Source: Octopus bimaculoides
Lineage: Eukaryota
Assembly (NCBI RefSeq): GCF_001194135.2
Contig: NC_068993.1
Span: 18,841,739-18,887,392, forward strand
DNA: 45,654 nucleotides
Direction of reading: 5' to 3'
In this document: in pieces, positions 22,701 through 35,388 of the stretch
Position numbering within the stretch: the first letter of the stretch is position 1
Layout of the letters: every line of letters begins with the position of its first letter
Program-made: the position numbers and the translations under genes
The notes under the pieces: generated by a model
Database searches by the model: none
What the model was told of the DNA's origin: nothing
The model's input: the letters and a program-made list of their open reading frames with translations, nothing else

Positions 22701-25700
22701 TAAAGAGTTAAACATCTTATCTCATTATTTTCAGATGACAAGTATTGTCTTGCCTAATATGGTTGAAAAAGGCGGTGGTGTGATCATCAATGTAGGATCT
22801 GCCTCTGGAGATATGATCTGCCCCTTTTTAACAGCTTATTCTGCTTGCAAGGTTGGTAAGCTTTTTATATTTAACCCTTTTGATACCAACCTGGCTGAAA
22901 CTGGCCCTGGCTCTGATTACAAATGTCTTGTTTTCATAATTTTTGAATTAAAATCTTCCACTGAACCTTAGTCACAATTTATGTTCTTAACCCTAGATGA
23001 ATGATAACTACATAATTTTACTAAATTCTTTGTTATATTTAAAGTAATTGAAAGATATACTGAGCATGTCAAAATAAATACAGTAATGAAAGGGTTAAAT
23101 AAACACACAACTTCAGAACTGTGTTTGCTGTTTGTAGACGTTTCATTAACTGTTTCATTTCTTTGTTCTTTAAAGCAATAATGTTCATTGAAGACATTTC
23201 AAACGTTCCTTTTCATTGCTTTTTGATCCTCTGATGCTTCTAATTACCCTGATCATGCAGATCTCTGATCAAAGGTGGTTCAGCCATAACTGTATCTTTT
23301 AATTTTTATTGTTTTTTTTAAGGAGTTTCTAGGACTACACCCTGTGAATCCTTTTAAAACCAGGATATGTGATCTGATAGAAATTCAGTTGCAAATTCTA
23401 TCAGTTTGCGTAGCTGTATTAAAGTTCTTCTGTTGGCTGTTTTATTATATACGCAGAAACCTAGAGCATGCTGTCCAATTTACTCCAACCTTAGATGGAG
23501 CTGAAACCCACAGTCGCCATTTTTGTTCAAAAATAATTGCTGCTTTTATCCTAGTGATTAGATATTGTTTTTCTAGTTTCCTTATTTATTTTGATTGGTG
23601 TATACTCAAGGAGTGGGCTGCAACCATGGCTTTCATGGATTGGTGTGATTGGTGCCTTCAACATTTCACTTGCATAATATCAAATTGATGCAGGAAAAAG
23701 ATACGTGGAGTTATGAAATTCCAGAAGGCCAAAGTTCTAAATGGGTAGCCTGATTGTAAGAGTCAGTTTAGAGCCAGACATCATCAAACACACTGTATAT
23801 AATGAGAGGAGAAGTGTGAATCAGGAGTTGCTGACCAACCAACTCTGAGGAGCATAGGCCATTATGGTAGTGGTAGAAAAGGCAGACAGAGCTGAGAATA
23901 TGTCTGTGGGCTACAGTTTGCAGTAGGTTGGTGAGCAACTTCATGCTTTTATTTTGATATGCTGTAGAATATGAGTGTGAATATAGCCACAGTGCTATTA
24001 GGTTTCAGCTGAGCTAATAACTGTTAAGTGCTGTAAGAATTTTTATTATTGAAGAGTAATGCCAATCTGTGAGACACAGTATTTGCTTTGGTGAGGCTGT
24101 GTGCATGCCCGTAAGGTAATTGCACAGTTAAGTAAGCTTCAGTATCCATATGTGCTGGCTTAAGTTATCGTATTCCATATTTGGCACTCTACTTGCAGAC
24201 TTAAACTACTATGGTTTTCTTCTGTTATATTATTTTAATGTGTAGATGTCTAACTGAGACCCCCTTTGGTCATGACTGACCCTGGGATTGCGCCTAGAAA
24301 GTTACCTTCCCAGGCACAAGTCTGAGCAAGGTTGTTTATGGAAGACTAGCAGTTGCCCCTGCATACCGGCTTCCCCTCTCCACGCTGCCAGTGTTATCCA
24401 AGGGAAAGGCAAAGGGGCCGATACAGCTTGGCACCTGTGATGTCGCAACTCATTTCTACAGCTGAGTGAACTGGNNNNNNNNNNCTGTGATGTCGCAACT
24501 CATTTCTACAGCTGAGTGAACTGGAGCAACGTGAAATAAAGTGTCTTGCTCAAGAACACAACATGCAGCCCGATCCGGGATTGGAACTCACAACCTCACG
24601 ATCGTAAGTTCGATGCTCTAACCACTGAGCCATGTGCCTTCACTAGATGTTTAACTGAAGAAGTAGGTTCTAATGTATTCAAATTCTCTGTTAGGTGAAC
24701 ACTGATCTTAGAGGCTTCTTTTTTTTTTTTTGTTATTCTGAAACTCCCATTCTGTGTTGCTTATTTTTATTCTTGTTTTTTGTTTTAAGGCTTATGTGAA
24801 ATATTTCTCTGAAGGTCTCAATTCAGAATATAGTGATAAAGGTGTTATCACTCAGGTAACAATCCAAGTTTTTTCTTCTCTAATGTTTATTCTTAGCAAC
24901 TCACCTTTGTACCTTAATAGTTTCAATGGGAAGTCTAGAATTGTGGGTGACATCGATGTTTGTGTAAAAGGTTCTGCTAATATGTATTTAGTTTAAGGCA
25001 GTAAGCTGGCAGAATCATTAGCATGCCAGGCAAAAATGCTTAGAGGCATTTTATCCTTCCTTACATTCTGAGTTCAAATTTCGGTAGGGTCATCTTTGTC
25101 TTTCATTCTTTCAGGGTTGATAAAATAAGTACCAGTTGAGCACTGGGATCGATGTAATCGACTTACCCCAACCCCTAAAATTGCTGGCTTTGTGCCAAAA
25201 TTTGAAACCTCTATTAAATACTTACACTTCGTTTCTCCCCCACCACCCCGCACACATTTCCATTCCCATATTTTCAGTAACTGAACTTTTAACTGTTAGT
25301 AATCTTATTGTTCTAATCTTCCTTGAATCATCAGATTAGCCTAAATAGAAATGTATCGAAGTATTCTAACTATTTAAAACTAATTAAAAGTAATCAATAG
25401 TTAACCTTTAAGTCTTAAGCATTTAAACCAGCCTTTAATATTGGTTCCAAATTTTGGCACAAGGCTAGCGATTTGGGGGGAGGAGGTAAGTGATTAGCAG
25501 CCACAGCTGTCGTAGATGTAAGGGACATAACTGCTTTTATAGCTAATGAGCTTATATTTTCCCATCTATAACTTTTTTGTTACAATAATTCTGTTGAAAT
25601 ACACTGTGTTTTATTAGTTAATTTTGAAAACAATGAAGAACTTTTAACCTAGAATTTTGATAGGTTTTTATTTAGCTGACATTAAACAGGAAATTTGTAT

Positions 25701-25766
25701 TGTAGAATGAAAAATGGTGTCAGGTGGGTTAGCATCAAACAGGTTAATAAATGGTTACTACTACTG

Positions 25767-25856
<90 letters not shown>

Positions 25857-28800
25857 NNNNNNNNNNNNNNNNNNNNNNNNNNNNNNNNNNNNNNNNNNNN
25901 NNNNNNNNNNNNNNNNNNNNNNNNNNNNNNNNNNNNNNNNNNNNNNNNNNNNNNNNNNNNNNNNNNNNNNNNNNNNNNNNNNNNNNNNNNNNNNNNNNNN
26001 NNNNNNNNNNNNNNNNNNNNNNNNNNNNNNNNNNNNNNNNNNNNNNNNNNNNNNNNNNNNNNNNNNNNNNNNNNNNNNNNNNNNNNNNNNNNNNNNNNNN
26101 NNNNNNNNNNNNNNNNNNNNNNNNNNNNNNNNNNNNNNNNNNNNNNNNNNNNNNNNNNNNNNNNNNNNNNNNNNNNNNNNNNNNNNNNNNNNNNNNNNNN
26201 NNNNNNNNNNNNNNNNNNNNNNNNNNNNNNNNNNNNNNNNNNNNNNNNNNNNNNNNNNNNNNNNNNNNNNNNNNNNNNNNNNNNNNNNNNNNNNNNNNNN
26301 NNNNNNNNNNNNNNNNNNNNNNNNNNNNNNNNNNNNNNNNNNNNNNNNNNNNNNNNNNNNNNNNNNNNNNNNNNNNNNNNNNNNNNNNNNNNNNNNNNNN
26401 NNNNNNNNNNNNNNNNNNNNNNNNNNNNNNNNNNNNNNNNNNNNNNNNNNNNNNNNNNNNNNNNNNNNNNNNNNNNNNNNNNNNNNNNNNNNNNNNNNNN
26501 NNNNNNNNNNNNNNNNNNNNNNNNNNNNNNNNNNNNNNNNNNNNNNNNNNNNNNNNNNNNNNNNNNNNNNNNNNNNNNNNNNNNNNNNNNNNNNNNNTGA
26601 ATTTAAAAATATTTTTAGATACAGAAATAAATTTATTTCTCAAATGCGTGATAATGCTATAAATAGCGAGATCAGGATAAATTATCCATTTATTGCAGAA
26701 AAATATGTTACTGGCCAGCCATGAGACTTGAACTCACATCTCTGTGATTACGCGTCAAGTGTTTTACCATTAAACTAAACTGCCCAAAAACGAATTCTTC
26801 TGCAATTTTAGAACTTATAAATTTAGCTTCATAAGACGCTAACGTTAAATTCAACTTTAATGCTTCTAAAAAAGAACAAACTTTGTTTGTTTACTTTCAT
26901 TGTAAAGTTGAATTTAAAAATATTTTTATTCAAAAGTTTTGTGTCCTCCTGGTCTTTTAATATTTTAAAAATAATTAATAATTTCCTCAAATGTTATGAT
27001 TGTAACAAGAATTTTTTACATTTTAAATTATGCTTGAATTTAACAATGCATTATCATTTAAATACAACCTTCCTTATTGAGCACCTGGTAATATTAATTT
27101 CCTATTGTTTATAAGATTGAATGTTTCTTAATGTTGCAGTGTGTGATGCCATTCTATGTAACTACCAAATTGAGCAAATTCCGCAAATCCAGCTTGATGG
27201 TTCCTAACCCTAAGACCTATGTGAAAAGTGCTCTGAATTCATTAGGAATGTCATCCAGCACATACGGTTACTTTGCTCATAATTTATTTGTGAGTATAAA
27301 TGTCTAATTTTCCTTTCTTTTTTTTTTTTTTTTTTTAAAGTAGGAAACTGTATATAGAACAATTCTGCAGTTATTTAGTTTTGCCATTAACCCATTACCT
27401 CCCATAATTCTATTAACTGGAATTTTTTTTTATGAAACTTTGATTTCTAGCATAAAACAGCCTTAGAAACATGCTGGAATGATCAAAATAACATTTCAAA
27501 ATAACTTTTTAAATAGAAATAAGCGAGATATTGGGTGAAAAATTAGCAAACCTCATTTGAATATCAGAGACATATACCTAATAGATATAGCAAAAAGGTT
27601 TGATGTGTAAATATTGACAGATAATTACGAAATTTGTAATTTTTAAGTGATCTCATATGAGATCACTGGTAGGTATTGGTTTAAAGGCATAAATCATTGA
27701 ACCAATTTTTTTGATTCCTGTTTGAAGAGCTCTTTTTTTTCTCTTTTCTTTTATATTTTACTTGTCTCCGTCATTGGACTGCACCATGCTGAGTTAATGC
27801 CTTGAAGGGTTGGATTAAACAAATTGACCCCAGTGCTTATTCTTTAAGTCTGCCATTTATTCAATCAGTCTTTTATGCTGAACCACTAAGTTATGGGGAG
27901 GAACAAACACAAAAACACTCACACACACACATGTGTGCACACGCATTCATATGATGGGGTTCCACAGAATTATTGTCTGCCAAATTCACTCACAAGTTAT
28001 AGGTTGGTTCTAGATTGTAGTAGATGACACTTACCTAAGGTGCTGTGTAGTAGAACTGAACCTGAGACTGCATGATTGCAAAGCAAGCTACTTGACCATT
28101 CAGCCATGCCTGTCCTTTTTGTATAAAAGTTATAGAAAAATATGTTTCAACAATTCGTGACTTTTTGTGATTTTAGCTGTGAGTCAAGACTTAGCTGTGA
28201 GTCCAGCTGGTTTGTCTTAGGTTAGACATGCAATGTTTTGTTTGTTCTTATTTTACTTAGTTGTAAACATTCATAAGTCTAATCACAGAGGTTTTGACAG
28301 GAAGACTTAGTATTTATTTGTAGAGTATGTGTTTGTTCCTCCGCCACTGCTTGACAACCAGTGTTGGTGTGTTAATGTCCCTGTAACTTAGCAGTTCAAC
28401 AAAAGACACCAATAGAACAAATACCAGGTTTAAATAACAAGAATGAATAAGTACTGGGGTCAGTTTGTTCTTCTAAAGATTCAAGGTGGTGCCCCTGCAT
28501 GGCCACAGTCTAATGACTGAAACATGTAAAAGATAAAACATTACAATTATAAAAGGGTTTCGACTTGTATTGTGTTGCATGTTTCCCATATAAGAAGTAT
28601 AATATATTCTGTATAGGTGCGAGTGTGGCTGTGTGGTAAGAAGCTTACTTCCCAGTCACATGGTTCTGGGTTCAGTTTCACTGCCTTGCGCCTTGGGCAA
28701 ATGTCTTCTATCATAGCCTCAAGCTGACTAAAGCCTTGAGTGGATTTGGTAGATGGAAACTGAAAGAAGCTCATTGTTTCGAAACGCCTAGTTTTAGAAT

Positions 28801-28976
28801 AGAGGCAACTGATGAAGGAATAACTCCATACGTGGCTTGTTTGTTTTCCTATGTGTTCGTTCTGTTGTCTGTAAACTAAGTCCGTTTTTGTGCTTTATGT
28901 TCCCGTTCCTTTTCTGACGTCCTGTACCCAGATATGCATCTATATATACATGCATATGCTCATATATCATTTGTAT

Positions 28977-29013
<37 letters not shown>

Positions 29014-30646
29014 CTTGAGTCTGTGTTTGTCCTCATCCTCACCACTTGAGAACTCGTGTTAGTGTGCTTACATCCCAGTAACCTAGCAATTTGGCAAAAG
29101 AGACTGATAAAATAAGTACCAGTCTTTAAAAAAATGTACAGGGGTTGATTCATCTGACTAAAAATTCAAGGCGGTGCCCCAGTATGGCCGCAGTCTAATG
29201 ACTGAAACAAGTAAAAGATAAAAGATATTTTAACGCATGAAGTGTTAGGCATGAATAGACCATTGATTTTAATTACCAGTGACACCTGTCAGGTGTAATG
29301 ATTGCAAAATCAAAGTATCATTTTCGTTTTTCTAATGTCCTCTTTCTCATACTGACATTGGTTGGATGGAATATGTTGAGGTAGATTTTGTCTGTGGCTT
29401 GTTTCAAAGTTAGATAATACTGCCCCATGGCCAGACATGTGTTTCACGAAAGACTGGAAACAAAGGCTTGAAAAGTCATATGAATTGTTGAAATGTGTTT
29501 TTCTATAAAGAACTTTTCTAAAAAACAAAAACAAAAAACACTGGCATGGCTGGATGGTTAAGAAGCTTATTTTGCAACCACAGTCTCAGGGTCAGTCCCA
29601 CTGTGCAGTGCCTTAAGTGTCTTCTACTGCAACTTGTGCATGCACACACACATACACGCACCACCACCACACATGCACACGCACACACACACACACACAC
29701 AATGGGCTTCTCTTTTACTCTTTTACTTGTTTCAGTCATTTGACTGCGGCCATGCTGGAGCACCACCTTTAGTTGAACAAATTGACACCAGGACTTATTC
29801 TTTGTAATCCTAGTACTTATTCTATCAGTCTCTTTTTGCTGAACCGCTAGATTACGGGGACGTAAACACACCAGCATCGGTTGTCAAGCGATGTTGGGGG
29901 GACAAACAAACATATACACACACATACATATATATATGTATACGCATATATATACACCTATATACGACAGGCTTCTTTCAGTTTCCGTCTACCAAATCCA
30001 CTCACAAGGCTTTGGTTGAACCGTGGCTATAGTAGAAGACACTTGCCCAAGGTGCCACACAGTGGGAATGAACCCTGAACCATGTGGTTGGTAAGCAAGC
30101 TACTTACCACACAGCCACTCCTGCACCTCACAGCCACTCCTGCTTCATTCAGTTTCTGTCTTTTAAATCCACTCACAAGGCTTTGGTTGGCCTGGGGCAG
30201 AATTGCCCATACTGTAGCACTGAACCTGAAATGATGAGGTTGGGAAGCAAACGTCTTACAAAGCACTTGATTACTGATAACACTGTCTTGGCTTCAAATG
30301 TTTCTACCACCAGTAACTACAATCAGAACTAAGCTTATCTCTGTGCATCTTACTGAAAAACTGTGCTAAACCTCTTCTATGTTTAGCTGTTGAGAAGGCA
30401 TCCAGCTGTAAAAAAAACCCCATAGTATTTCTGAACAAAATCCTTCTTCTAGTGTATAGAACAGATGTTAAAACACTAAAGTAAAGCTGATAGGTGTTTA
30501 TCTACTTAGATTTATTTCTTGTCTTTTTAGTGTTATCAAATTCAGAATTAATTTCTTTCTCCAAGAGCCACTCCCACTATAGATTTCACAAAAAGATTTA
30601 TTGGTTGTTAACTCTGTCTGCTTCTCTTTCTCTCTTTCTCTCTCTC

Positions 30647-30692
<46 letters not shown>

Positions 30693-30851
30693 NNNNNNNN
30701 NNNNNNNNNNNNNNNNNNNNNNNNNNNNNNNNNNNNNNNNNNNNNNNNNNNNNNNNNNNNNNNNNNNNNNNNNNNNNNNNNNNNNNNNNNNNNNNNNNNN
30801 NNNNNNNNNNNNNNNNNNNNNNNNNNNNNNNNNNNNNNNNNNNNNNNNNNN

Positions 30852-30907
<56 letters not shown>

Positions 30908-32111
30908 CTTGTGTGTGTGCACTGTTTAATGTTCAGTTGGGAGAAAGAGTATTCAGTTCCATAGTTGAGATAAATTCTTGCCTGTTTGTTTAAAGTCATC
31001 TGGCATGTTATGACTATTTATAACTTGCACTGAGCAGAGAATGTGCAGGGTTTTGCGATCCCTCTATTCAATCTCTCTGGTGTTGGTGCTACAAAATAAC
31101 GCCCCCCCTATACAATCTGTAAAGTAGTTGGTAGTAGGAAGGGCATCACCCCATAGAAACCAAACCAAATGATTCAGTCCATGGAAGCAGCAGCTCCCAG
31201 TAAGGAATTACTTAGACCGTGATGACCTGACCAAGCCATTCAAGCATGAAAAGCTAACACGAAAGTGAAGATCTCTTGTCTTTTATCTTTTACTTGCTTC
31301 AGTCATGCAGCCATGCTGGGGCAATGCCTTCAAGAATTTTTAGTCAGATGTATTGACTCCAGTACATTTTGGTTTTTCTTCAAGCCTGTTACTTATTCCA
31401 TCGGATCGCTTTTGCCGAACTGCTAAGTTATGGGGATGTAAACACTCTAGCATTGGTTGTCAAGTGGTGATGGTGGGACACACACACACACACACAATAG
31501 GTTTCTTTCAGTTTTTGTCTACCACATCCACTCATAAGGATTTGGTTGACCTGAGGTTGTAATAGAAGATGCTTGCTTAAGGTGCCAAGGTGGGACTGAA
31601 CCCTGAACCATGTGCTTAGGAAACAAACTTTTTACCATACAGCTTCACCTGCACCGATTGATCATCGGATATATATATAATATCTATCTTTCTCTTTGTA
31701 TGCATCTCCTACATGTATATATGTAGCTGTCTGTCTTTCTGTATCACACATACATGCTCTCTGTGTCCCTCTGTCATCCACACATACATATACATGCTCT
31801 CATACATTCGTGTCTGCACACACAACTTAAAGGCCATCATTTGTTGGCTGAATTAATATCATATTATTTGTATCTTATTTATCATCTCTGTTGACAAGAA
31901 AGGTTCTGTTGAACTTTATCGAGTTTGAACCCTGAACAAAGAAGAATCCATTTACATTCTGCATTGCATCTAATCTTGCACAGTATTACTTTGGCTATCT
32001 CTACTGCCTCTTGTTTATAACAATGGATTCAGTTCCATTGTGTGACACCTTGGATAAGTGTCAGCTTTAGGCCAACCAAAGCCTTGTTAGATGGGAACTG
32101 AAAGAAGCCTG

Positions 32112-32149
<38 letters not shown>

Positions 32150-32999
32150 TCGTTATCGTTTAACGTCTGCTTTCCATGCTAGCATGGGTTGGACGATTTG
32201 ACTGAGGACTGGTGAACCAGATAGCTACACCGGGCTCCAATCTGATTTGGCAGAGTTTCTACAGCTGGATGCCCTTTCTAACACCAACCACTCAGAGAGT
32301 GTAGTGGGTGCTTTTTACGTGCCACCGGCACGAAGGCCAGTCAGTCGGTACTGGCAACGGCTACGCTCAAAATGGTGTATTTTATGTGCCACCCGCACAA
32401 GAGCCAGTCCAGAGGCACTGGCAACGATCTCGCTCGAAAGTCCTTACACATGCCGCGGGCACAAGTGCCAGAAAGGCGACGCTCCTCCTGTTTGTTAGGA
32501 GGCTCTAGCACTCATATGCACACACACAACAGAAATGTCTGCCTACCAAGTTCGATCACAAAGCCTCGGTTGGCCTGAGGCTATAGCAGAAGACACTTGC
32601 TGAAGGTGCCACACAGTGGGACTGAACCTGAAACCATGTAGTTCAGAAGCAATCTCCTTAACCATAATATGTATCATTGTCTTCATCATCCTTCTTTAGC
32701 ATCTGCTGTCCATGCTGAAGCTGGAGAGCTACACCAAGTTCTAGCCTGATTTGGCTTGAGTTCTGTGGCTAGATGCCCTTCCCAATGCCAACCACATTCC
32801 AGTGTGTGCTGGGTGCTTTTAACATGCCACCAGCATGAGTATTTTTTACGTGACACTGGCACACAACTTACAGGCCAATCATCTTCACCAGGAGGTATGA
32901 CCTTAATGCTTCTACTGCAAGGTGCCAGATAGCTCAGTCCTTTATCATGTTATCTGAGGGGTTCAGCATCTGGAGGTTGTCCTTCAGTACATATATGTA

Positions 33000-33051
<52 letters not shown>

Positions 33052-35343
33052 AGGCGCAGGAGTGGCTGTGTGGTAAGTAGCTTGCTTACCAACCACATGG
33101 TTCCGGGTTCAGTCCCACTGTGTGACACCTTGGGCAAGTGTCTTCTACTATAGCCTTGGGCTGACCAAAGCCTTGTGAGTGGTTTTGGTAGACGGAAACT
33201 GAAAGAAGCCCGTCGTATATATGTATATATATATGTGTGTGTGTGTGTGTCTGTGTTTGTTCCCCTAGCATTGCTTGACAACCGATGCTGGTGTGTTTAT
33301 GTCCCCATAACCTAGCGGTTTGGCAAAAGAGACCGATAGAATAAGTACTAGGCTTACAAAGAATAAGTCCCAGGGTCGATTTGCTCGACTAAAGGCGGTG
33401 CTCCAGCATGGCCACAGTCAAATGACTGAAACAAGTAAAAGAGAGAGAATATATTTGTGTATGTACCCTTCTCTAGACATGTAACGTTTGTAAATGAGTA
33501 TCGTCATCATACAAGCAAGGTTGTTCATTTCTAGTCTTCCATGAAAAACATGTCTTGCTTTGGGAAAATATTATCTGCCTCAACAAATTCCATCTGACCT
33601 ATACTAGCAAGTAAAAGTGGACATTAAATGATGATAATAAGAATAGTGTTCTGAAGCGACTAAGATATACCATTGTTCCTCCGTTTGGCCTTAAAACATG
33701 CATCCACTCTCCTAAACCAAAGCTGGTTGCAGACATAAACAGTATTGGAATGTTTATAACCTTCTTTTAAATATGGCTAGCATATGGAGTATTCTCAGAA
33801 TCTAAAAGAAATCAATAGTTGACCTTTTACCCTTTAACCTGGGTCATTTCAAATTGATGCAGCACAAAAATAGGGTTAGCAGTTAGGGTTAGAGAATTTC
33901 AGAAGACCAATGTTCTGAATGAGTAGCCAGTTGTAGGGATCAGTTTAGAACCAGAAGTAACTGGGTGAGATGAATGAGTAAGGAGTTACTGACCAGTCAG
34001 CTCTGAGGAGCACAGGCCATTATAGAAGTGGTAGAAAAGGCAGAGAGAGCTTTTTGGAAAGGTTACAGTGCAGAGAGCAAAATTTAACTGTTGGATTTCG
34101 ATACAACTTGCCTGAATGAAAGAACATCAGGTGAAAATATTGACTTGAGATTGAGCTAAATTTATTGAGTAAAGTTATAGCTTTTAATGCATTAGCCATA
34201 CCAGTAATTGTTGGCATTCCGTTGCTTATGACATTGAGGGTTCCAGTTGATCTGGTCAACGGAACAGCCTGCTCGTGAAATTAATGTGCAAGTGGCTGAG
34301 CATTCCACAGACACGTGTACCCTTAACGTAGTTCTCGGGGATATTCAGCATGACACAGTGTGACAAGGCTGACCCTTTAAATTACAGGTACAACAAAAAC
34401 AGGAAGTAAGAGTGAGAGAAAGTTGTGGTGAAAGAGTACAGCAGGCTTCACCACCATTCCCTGCCAGAATCTCGTGGAGCTTTAGGTATTTTCGCTCAAT
34501 AAACACTCACAACGCCCGGTCTGGGAATCGAAACCATGATCCTATGACCGTGAGTCCGCTGCCCTAACCACTGGGCCAATGCGCCTCCACCATACCAGTA
34601 ATAAGCTATAGTTTTAATGCAATAAGCTGAAAGATTAATTTAGAAGGCTTGGAGACAGAAAAACCAGAATATTAATATCTATTATTTTGTTTCAGTTATT
34701 AGATTGTAGCAATGCTTGGGTTACTGCCTTGGAGGGTTTAGTTGAACAAATCCACTCCAGTACTTTTTTTTTTATATATGACTGGTGCATGTTTATCATC
34801 CCTTTTGCTGAATTAGGTTACATGGTAGTAAACAAACCAACAATGGTTATTAGTTGGTAGTTGAGGGACAAATATAGAAATACACACATGTACATACATA
34901 TACACATACATGCATAGTGGGCTTCCATACAGTTTCTGTCTACCAAATTAACTCACAAGGTATTGGTTGGCCCATGACTTTAGATAAGACACTTGCCCAG
35001 GGTTCCACATAGTGGGATCGAACCCAAAACCACATGACTGCAAAGCAAGTTTCTTAGCTATGCTTGCACCTACAATTACTAAAATTACATGCCGGTGTCT
35101 GCTTTTGGTTAGTGTTTGTTAAATATTCTAAAGCCAGACTAGGACCATAAAGTGGATATATATGTTTGTTAGAAACTGTAACAACAATAGATTTGGAAAA
35201 AGAAAACAGGTGGCACAAAGATACAACTTAGATTCTGAATTTGGCAGAGTGACAATACTTTGGGAGTAAATTTGCACAGACTGACAAGAAAATAATATAG
35301 AACTATCCAGGTACATTGTTGTATTATCATGAGAGAAAGAGAG

Positions 35344-35388
<45 letters not shown>

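Noticed and set aside
22603-22971. 122-aa ORF as a stand-alone SDR gene
   Set aside because: Only 22735-22851 is coding (exon 7). The flanks are MITE sequence read through by chance. The same applies to 24754-24996 around exon 8.
24435-24524. 40-bp direct repeat across a 10-N gap (similarly 35370-35475)
   Set aside because: Identical or near-identical sequence on both sides of a minimal gap is a typical unmerged contig overlap, i.e. an assembly artefact.
35128-35340. Possible extra exon (ETVTTIDLEKENR) in KAR intron 9
   Set aside because: Weak splice signals and no homology. Exons 9 and 10 already join in phase to give a full-length protein.
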